This document shows positions 57,510 to 64,000 of a stretch of 64,000 nucleotides of DNA, in pieces. Made by a program: the position numbers and the translations under genes. Source of the DNA: an uncultured Methylophilaceae bacterium (GTDB taxonomy: Bacteria; Pseudomonadota; Gammaproteobacteria; Burkholderiales; Methylophilaceae); contig CAIQFD010000021.1 in assembly GCA_903870995.1 (NCBI GenBank), positions 8,461 to 72,460 on the forward strand. Reading direction: 5' to 3'. The notes under the pieces are model-generated. The model saw only the letters and a list, made by a program, of their open reading frames with translations, had not been told where the DNA came from and made no database searches. The first letter of the stretch is position 1. Each line of letters opens with the position of its first letter.

Positions 57510-58754
57510 CTACATTTGGCTGATAATTTCTTCACCAAATTGTGCGCTACCCACTTGGGTTGCACCATCCATTTGGGATGAAAAATCATGTGTGACACGT
57601 TTTGCACTAATCGCTTTTGCCACACCTTTTAGCACCAAGTCAGCCGCTTCTACCCAGCCTAAATGGCGTAACATCATTTCAGCTGAAAGGATAATAGAAC
57701 TTGGATTCGCAATGTCTTTGCCTGCAATCTTAGGCGCTGTGCCGTGCGTCGCCTCAAACATCGCAACCGTGTCAGATAAGTTTGCGCCTGGAGCGATCCC
57801 AATCCCGCCCACTTGTGCAGCAAGCGCGTCCGACATGTAGTCACCGTTTAAGTTAAGTGCGGCGACAACATCATAATCGCTAGGATGTAACAAGATTTCT
57901 TGCAAAAATGCATCAGCGATACAGTCTTTAATAATGATGCCATTCGGAAGTTTGCACCAAGGGCCGCCATCAATCTCTACTGCACCAAACTCTTGCTTAG
58001 CTAATTCATAACCCCAGTCTCTAAAGCCACCTTCGGTGAACTTCATGATGTTGCCTTTGTGGGTAATTGTCACAGACTTACGGTTGTTATCAATTGCGTA
58101 TTGAATTGCTTTGCGGATTAGACGTTTGCTACCATCCATCGAAACTGGTTTGATGCCAATGGCAGAAGATTCTGGGAAGCGAATTTTTTTACGCATGCCC
58201 ATATCGCTCAAAAAGCTAATGACTTTCTCAGCCTCTGGTGTGCCAGCAGCCCATTCAATGCCCGCATAAATATCTTCTGTGTTTTCACGGAAAATCACCA
58301 TGTCGGTTTTTTCAGGATGTTTCACAGGGCTAGGTACGCCTGTGAAATATTGAATTGGACGTAAGCAAACGTATAAATCTAACTCTTGGCGCAATGTCAC
58401 ATTGAGTGAACGAATGCCGCCACCCACTGGCGTTGTAAGCGGGCCTTTGATAGAGATCACATATTCACGAACGGCCTTCATTGTTTCTTCAGGTAACCAA
58501 GTGTCTTTGTCATAAACTTTAGTCGCTTTTTCGCCAGCGAATACTTCCATCCATGCGATTTTCTTCTTGCCACCGTAGGCTTTTTCCACCGCAGCATCCA
58601 CTACCTTTTGCATCGGCGGCGTAATATCGACACCGATGCCATCGCCTTCAATAAATGGGATAATGGGCTGATTAGGCACATTCAACGTGTTGTCTTTGTT
58701 AACGGTGATTTTTTCACCAAAGTTTGGAACTGTGATTTTGGATGACATGCTCAA
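57510..58754 (-). CDS. icd: NADP-dependent isocitrate dehydrogenase
   Basis: The N-terminus ...[24 protein letters not shown] closely parallels E. coli Icd. 414 aa. Confidence 0.93.
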   Translation of the reverse strand: MSMSSKITVPNFGEKITVNKDNTLNVPNQPIIPFIEGDGIGVDITPPMQKVVDAAVEKAYGGKKKIAWMEVFAGEKATKVYDKDTWLPEETMKAVREYVISIKGPLTTPVGGGIRSLNVTLRQELDLYVCLRPIQYFTGVPSPVKHPEKTDMVIFRENTEDIYAGIEWAAGTPEAEKVISFLSDMGMRKKIRFPESSAIGIKPVSMDGSKRLIRKAIQYAIDNNRKSVTITHKGNIMKFTEGGFRDWGYELAKQEFGAVEIDGGPWCKLPNGIIIKDCIADAFLQEILLHPSDYDVVAALNLNGDYMSDALAAQVGGIGIAPGANLSDTVAMFEATHGTAPKIAGKDIANPSSIILSAEMMLRHLGWVEAADLVLKGVAKAISAKRVTHDFSSQMDGATQVGSAQFGEEIISQM

Positions 58755-58798
58755 TAAACCCTATGTATTAAAACTTAAAAAATAAAAAACGAATACTT

Positions 58799-59329
58799 AT
58801 GTTAATTCTGTTCAATAAGCCCCACGGTGTTGTGTGCCAATTTAGTGCACACGAAAATCACGAAACATTGGCTGATTATATTGCTATCCCAAATGTCTAT
58901 GCCGCTGGCAGGCTCGATACGGATAGTGAAGGTCTGCTTATTTTAACCGATGATGGCGCACTGCAACACCGTGTTTCGCACCCAAAGTATAAAGAAATCA
59001 AAACTTATTGGGCTCAAGTCGAAGGTGATCCTACACAAGCAGATTTAATGCCACTTTTGAAAGGTGTGGATTTGGGTGACTTTGTGACAGCGCCAGCGCA
59101 AGTGAAAGTCATTCCAGAACCCGCTAATTTATGGGCACGAAATCCGCCAATTCGCGAGCGTAAAGCCATACCAACCACATGGTTGGAGATTAAAATTTCA
59201 GAAGGAAAAAATCGCCAAGTGCGCCGTATGACTGCCAAAGTTGGGTTTCCAACTTTAAGATTGATTCGATATGCGATTGGGCAACACACTTTGGATGATT
59301 TGCCATTGGGCACTTGGCGTCAAGTCTAG
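58799..59329 (+). CDS. rluE: RsuA/RluE-family rRNA pseudouridine synthase (no S4 domain)
   Basis: Catalytic motif [14 protein letters not shown]. 176 aa and divergent from icd, as rluE is in E. coli. Confidence 0.8.
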   Translation: MLILFNKPHGVVCQFSAHENHETLADYIAIPNVYAAGRLDTDSEGLLILTDDGALQHRVSHPKYKEIKTYWAQVEGDPTQADLMPLLKGVDLGDFVTAPAQVKVIPEPANLWARNPPIRERKAIPTTWLEIKISEGKNRQVRRMTAKVGFPTLRLIRYAIGQHTLDDLPLGTWRQV

Positions 59330-59393
59330 CCTTTAGGTAAATCGCTTATGGTAAACTTATACCTATTTACTGCGCTCATTAAAGAGAAACTTC

Positions 59394-60485
59394 ATGTCTG
59401 GTAATACCATTGGTACTTTATTCACGCTTACGTCATTTGGTGAATCTCACGGCGCTGCTATTGGCGGCGTAGTAGATGGCTGCCCTCCGGGTTTGGAGTT
59501 GTCGGCAGAAGATTTACAGGTGGACTTGGATAGACGTAAACCAGGCACTTCTCGTCATGTTACGCAACGCAGCGAAGCTGACAGCGTCGAGATTCTCTCA
59601 GGTGTATTTGAAGGCAAAACCACAGGTGCGCCGATTGGTTTGTTGATTCGCAACACAGATCAACGCAGTCAAGATTACAGCAAAATTATGGACACTTTCC
59701 GTCCAGGTCATGCAGATTACACTTACACGCAAAAATACGGTATCCGCGATTATCGTGGCGGTGGTCGTTCAAGTGCGCGCGAAACCGCCGTCCGCGTTGC
59801 CGCTGGTGCGATTGCTAAAAAATGGTTGAAGCAGCGTTATGGCGTGACGATTCGTGCTTACTTGAGTCAACTTGGTGAGCTCAATATTCCTTTCGCAAGT
59901 TGGGATGACTTGCAGCATCCAGACAATAAAATTTTCACGCCCAATATGGCGATGATGCCTGAACTAGAAGCTTACTTGGATAATGTCCGTGCTGAGCGTG
60001 ATTCAGTTGGCGCAAAGATTACCGTCATTGCTGAAGGTGTGCCAGTAGGTTGGGGTGAGCCTATCTTTGATCGTTTAGATGCAGAAATTGCTTATGCCAT
60101 GATGGGCATTAATGCGGTGAAAGGTATCGAGATTGGGGCTGGTTTCGAATCTATTGCACAGCGTGGCAGTGTGCATAGTGATGAACTCACACCGAATGGC
60201 TTTGCAACTAACCATGCTGGCGGCATTTTGGGTGGCATTTCTAGCGGCCAAGAGATTCACGTGAATGTTGCTTTCAAGCCAACTTCAAGCATTCCACAAG
60301 AGCGCAACTCCATTGATAAAAATGGTCAGCCAGTTATGATGCAAACGACTGGTCGTCATGATCCATGTGTTGGTATCCGTGCTACGCCTATCGTTGAAGC
60401 GATGTTAGCTTTAGTGCTCATTGATCATGCACTCCGCAATCGTGCACAAAATGCTGATGTACACTCAGGCCTAAAAACCATCTAA
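59394..60485 (+). CDS. aroC: chorismate synthase
   Basis: [16 protein letters not shown] and RHDPCV motifs. Confidence 0.94.
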   Translation: MSGNTIGTLFTLTSFGESHGAAIGGVVDGCPPGLELSAEDLQVDLDRRKPGTSRHVTQRSEADSVEILSGVFEGKTTGAPIGLLIRNTDQRSQDYSKIMDTFRPGHADYTYTQKYGIRDYRGGGRSSARETAVRVAAGAIAKKWLKQRYGVTIRAYLSQLGELNIPFASWDDLQHPDNKIFTPNMAMMPELEAYLDNVRAERDSVGAKITVIAEGVPVGWGEPIFDRLDAEIAYAMMGINAVKGIEIGAGFESIAQRGSVHSDELTPNGFATNHAGGILGGISSGQEIHVNVAFKPTSSIPQERNSIDKNGQPVMMQTTGRHDPCVGIRATPIVEAMLALVLIDHALRNRAQNADVHSGLKTI

Positions 60486-60505
60486 TTCATTTTTATAGGC
60501 CTGAT

Positions 60506-61651
60506 ATGCAACTCCCTTATTGGCGCCTTTCCGCTTTTTATTTCGCGTACTTTGCATTTGTAGGCTCCTTTTCACCGTATTGGGGCCTATATCTCAAGTC
60601 ACTCTCTTTTGCACCATTTCAAATCGCTGTATTGATGTCACTGTTTCAAGTGGCGCGTATCTTTGCACCTAGTTTGTGGGGTTGGCTGGCGGATCATCTT
60701 GGGCAACGTGTTTCCATTATTCAATGGTTAGCCGCGCTTAGCTTACTCTCCTATGTTGGGGTATTTATTGACACGAGCTACGCATGGCTTTTTGCAGTTA
60801 TGTTGTTGCTCAGTTTCTTTTGGAGCGCATCTTTACCCTTAATTGAAACGGTTACGCTAGGTCATCTTGGCGATCGATTTGATAAGTATGGCCATATCCG
60901 CATGTGGGGTTCGATTGGCTTTATTGTTGCGGTGATTGGGCTTGGATACTTGCTCGATATATTTAATATCCGTTTGTTGCTATGGGCAGTGCTTGGCATG
61001 ATGGTCGCCGTTTTGGTGTTTTCACGGAATATCCCAGAGCCAAGAATAGAGCCGCATCACACAGACGATAGCTCCATTTGGGACATCATGCGTCAACGCG
61101 AAGTGCTCGCTTTGCTTGCGGCTTGTTTTATGATGTCGGCCGCGCATGGCGTCTATTACACCTTTTATTCAATCTATTTAGTTGACCATGGCTACAATAA
61201 GACCAATGTAGGCTTACTTTGGGCGCTAGGGGTCATTGCTGAAATTCTTATTTTCTTGTGGATGCCAAAACTCACCAAGCGCTTTGGCCTAAAAAATATC
61301 TTATTGGTGAGCTTGTTCATTGCTTTTGTGCGCTTTAATTTAATTGGCTGGGCAGTTGATTGGTGGTGGATTGTGATTTTTGCGCAAATATTACATGCGG
61401 CTACTTTCGGCTCTTATCATGCTTCGGCTGTTGCTTTGACGCACCAGCACTTTAAAGGACGTCATCAATCCAAAGGGCAGGGACTTTATACCAGCGTTTC
61501 TTATGGTATGGGCGGTACGTTTGGTGGCCTGATTAGTGGCTATACTTGGGAGGCGCTCGGGTCTAGTTGGACGTTTACTATTTCAGGGATCTTTGGCTTG
61601 CTTGGCTGTTTATTCTTTCTTTGGATGATGCCGAAAAAAGCTAAGCTTTAA
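60506..61651 (+). CDS. MFS transporter (MFS_1_like / HcaT-like group), substrate unknown
   Basis: 381 aa with 12 TM segments. N-terminus YWRLSAFYFAYFAFVGSFSPYWGLYL. Confidence 0.6.
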   Translation: MQLPYWRLSAFYFAYFAFVGSFSPYWGLYLKSLSFAPFQIAVLMSLFQVARIFAPSLWGWLADHLGQRVSIIQWLAALSLLSYVGVFIDTSYAWLFAVMLLLSFFWSASLPLIETVTLGHLGDRFDKYGHIRMWGSIGFIVAVIGLGYLLDIFNIRLLLWAVLGMMVAVLVFSRNIPEPRIEPHHTDDSSIWDIMRQREVLALLAACFMMSAAHGVYYTFYSIYLVDHGYNKTNVGLLWALGVIAEILIFLWMPKLTKRFGLKNILLVSLFIAFVRFNLIGWAVDWWWIVIFAQILHAATFGSYHASAVALTHQHFKGRHQSKGQGLYTSVSYGMGGTFGGLISGYTWEALGSSWTFTISGIFGLLGCLFFLWMMPKKAKL

Positions 61652-61655
61652 AAGC

Positions 61656-61687
61656 AAAAAAGCCACTTCAGCTGAAGTGGCTTTTTT
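61656..61687. terminator. bidirectional rho-independent terminator between the MFS gene and folE2
   Basis: Perfect palindrome AAAAAAGCCACTTCAGC / GCTGAAGTGGCTTTTTT. Confidence 0.8.
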
Positions 61688-61702
61688 CATGCTAAGACTT
61701 AA

Positions 61703-62503
61703 TTAAATACGTTTATCTTTTTCGATTAATGCATACGCTGAGTGATTGTGAATAGACTCAAAGTTTTCTGACTCAACGATGAATTTATCAATGCGTTTTT
61801 CATCATTCAATACCGCAGCAACGTCACGTACCATATCTTCTACAAATTTAGGATTGTCATAAGCGCGCTCGGTTACAAATTTTTCATCAGGACGTTTGAG
61901 TAGGCCATAAAGCTCGCAAGAAGCTTGCTCTTCTACCATACGAATAATATCTTCAACCCAAATGAAGTCGTTAATGAGTGCAGTGACAGTGACGTGTGAG
62001 CGTTGATTGTGCGCGCCGTAATCTGAAATCTTTTTAGAGCAAGGGCAAAGACTAGTCACTGGTACGAGCACCTTAACTGTGATATCAAACTTACCTTGTT
62101 TAATTTCACCGATGAATGTGACTTCATAATCAAGTAAGCTTTGCACGCCAGAAACAGGCGCTGCCTTGTTAACGAAGTAAGGGAAAGTCATTTGCACATA
62201 GCCAGATTCCGCTTCTAAACGCTTCACCATTTCATGCAAGATGGTCTCGAAAGACTCAATTGAAATCTCACGTTCGTTCATATTGAGAATTTCAACAAAG
62301 CGCGACATGTGTGTGCCTTTGAAGTTGTGCGGTAAATGCACGTACATATCGAACATGGCAACTGTGTGCTGAACGCCGCCGGTTTTATCCTTAACCTTTA
62401 CAGGGTGGCGTATAGATTTAATGCCTACTTTATCAATCGCCAAGTGACGGACGTCAGGCGTATTTTGTACATCTTCGATTGGTAGGTTGTTATCTTGGCT
62501 CAT
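61703..62503 (-). CDS. folE2: GTP cyclohydrolase FolE2 (type IB)
   Basis: SLCPCSKK and GAHNQRS motifs. 266 aa. Confidence 0.85.
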   Translation of the reverse strand: MSQDNNLPIEDVQNTPDVRHLAIDKVGIKSIRHPVKVKDKTGGVQHTVAMFDMYVHLPHNFKGTHMSRFVEILNMNEREISIESFETILHEMVKRLEAESGYVQMTFPYFVNKAAPVSGVQSLLDYEVTFIGEIKQGKFDITVKVLVPVTSLCPCSKKISDYGAHNQRSHVTVTALINDFIWVEDIIRMVEEQASCELYGLLKRPDEKFVTERAYDNPKFVEDMVRDVAAVLNDEKRIDKFIVESENFESIHNHSAYALIEKDKRI

Positions 62504-62548
62504 GGGATTCCTGAATTTATCAATGTCTAGCGCTAATACTTGAGTATA

Positions 62549-64000
62549 TCACTCGGTTAATTTTTTCTCAATTGAGGTCACGATGCCCTTAGCATCAAGA
62601 CCACAATCGGCCAACATGGTTTCATGCACGCCATGCTCAATAAAGCTGTCTGGCAAGCCTAAGCACAGCGTAGACGTTTCTATGTTGAATGCTTGCATTG
62701 CTTCCATCACTGCAGCGCCTGCGCCGCCCATGATGGCATTTTCTTCAACGGTAACGATTAGGTCGTGGCTAGTTGCCAAGCTTTTGACTAATTCAACGTC
62801 TAAAGGCTTAACAAAGCGCATATTTGCGACCGTCGCATTGAGCTTTTCAGCCGCTTCAAGCGCAGGTGACAGCATGCTGCCAAAAGCCAAAATAGCAATT
62901 TTTTTGCCTTGACGACGGACTTCGCCTTTGCCAATTGGTAAAGCGCTAAGCTCGCTTTGAATGGAAGCACCTGGGCCCCCGCCGCGTGGGTAACGCACCG
63001 CGCTTGGACCCTGGTAATGAAATGCTGTTGTCAGCATTTGACGGCACTCTTGCTCATCGCTAGGCGTCATCACGACCATATTCGGGATGCAGCGTAAGAA
63101 GCTTAAGTCAAAGCTACCCGCGTGGGTTGGGCCATCAGCACCAACTAAACCAGCGCGGTCAATTGCGAATACGACAGGCAAATTCTGGAGCGCAATGTCG
63201 TGTATTAACTGGTCGTATGCCCGTTGTAAAAATGTGGAGTAAATCGCAACAACTGGTTTTAAGCCATCGCAAGCCATACCAGCGGCAAAGGTCAGTGCAT
63301 GTTGCTCAGCAATACCTACATCGTAAAATCGTTTTGGATAGGCGGCGGCAAAGTCATTCATGCCTGACCCGTCGCACATAGCGGGCGTAATGCCGATTAA
63401 GCGCTCATCGCTTGCCGCCATGTCAACAAGCCAATCGCTAAATACTTGGGTATAAGTTTTTTTGCTTGAAGTGCTAATCGCACAGCCATCTTCAGGGTTA
63501 AATTTCCCCACGCCATGAAACTTGCCAGGCTCGTTTTCAGCAGGCGCGTAACCACGGCCTTTTTCAGTCACGATATGCAAGAATTGCGGGCCTTGTAGAT
63601 GCTTGATATTGCTTAGCGTGCTGACCAAAGTGTCAAGATTATGACCGTCAATTGGCCCAATGTAATTGAAGCCAAACTCTTCAAATAGCGTGCTTGGTGT
63701 CACCATGCCTTTAACATGCTCTTCTGCACGTTTGGCAAACTCTAATACTGGCGGCATTACGCCAAGTACGCGCTCTCCAGACTTGCGGACTTTTGTATAA
63801 AGGCTTCCTGAAAGTAGCTTGGCTAAGTAGTTTTGTAACGCGCCAACATTCGGTGAAATCGACATGTCGTTATCGTTCAAAATCACGAGTAAGTTTGCGT
63901 CCATTGCGCCCGCATTGTTCAGTGCTTCAAATGCCATGCCAGCTGTCATCGCGCCGTCACCAATGATTGCGACTGCGCGGCGGTCTGAACCGATTTGTTG
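62549..64000 (-). CDS. dxs: 1-deoxy-D-xylulose-5-phosphate synthase (partial; 5' end outside the window)
   Basis: The reading frame stays open to the window edge (...[23 protein letters not shown]). It contains the transketolase-like pyrimidine-binding and C-terminal domains. Confidence 0.92.
   Translation of the reverse strand, partial: QQIGSDRRAVAIIGDGAMTAGMAFEALNNAGAMDANLLVILNDNDMSISPNVGALQNYLAKLLSGSLYTKVRKSGERVLGVMPPVLEFAKRAEEHVKGMVTPSTLFEEFGFNYIGPIDGHNLDTLVSTLSNIKHLQGPQFLHIVTEKGRGYAPAENEPGKFHGVGKFNPEDGCAISTSSKKTYTQVFSDWLVDMAASDERLIGITPAMCDGSGMNDFAAAYPKRFYDVGIAEQHALTFAAGMACDGLKPVVAIYSTFLQRAYDQLIHDIALQNLPVVFAIDRAGLVGADGPTHAGSFDLSFLRCIPNMVVMTPSDEQECRQMLTTAFHYQGPSAVRYPRGGGPGASIQSELSALPIGKGEVRRQGKKIAILAFGSMLSPALEAAEKLNATVANMRFVKPLDVELVKSLATSHDLIVTVEENAIMGGAGAAVMEAMQAFNIETSTLCLGLPDSFIEHGVHETMLADCGLDAKGIVTSIEKKLTE

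Overview
This 64-kb segment looks like a proteobacterial chromosome with beta/gamma-proteobacterial gene order. It is roughly mid-40s % GC, judged by eye only. I can support about 52 protein-coding genes, one tRNA-Met(CAT), several rho-independent terminators and a few operator-like sites. I saw no rRNA, CRISPR array, transposase, integrase or phage genes. Most of the window is core housekeeping: mutM, cysG, envZ/ompR-like, lexA, gnd, fnr-hemN-ompW, adk, the lptD-surA-pdxA-rsmA block opposite amgK-murU, pepP-ubiH-ubiI, dsbC, pilBC, icd, rluE, aroC, folE2 and dxs. The accessory-looking part is 18.3-35.5 kb. It holds an HME-RND metal efflux operon followed by a six-gene type I secretion (T1SS) operon: TolC-like OMP, MotB-like protein, HlyD MFP, MotA/ExbB-like protein with a long coiled-coil tail, a 1186-aa RTX protein, and an ABC exporter. 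A MotA/MotB-type proton-channel pair is interleaved with the T1SS genes, and one junction is only 2 nt. This is the feature I consider most likely to be a previously undescribed system, possibly a PMF-stator-coupled T1SS. An unusually AT-rich 517-bp control region precedes the operon. All family assignments rest on motifs read directly from the supplied translations. No database search was possible.
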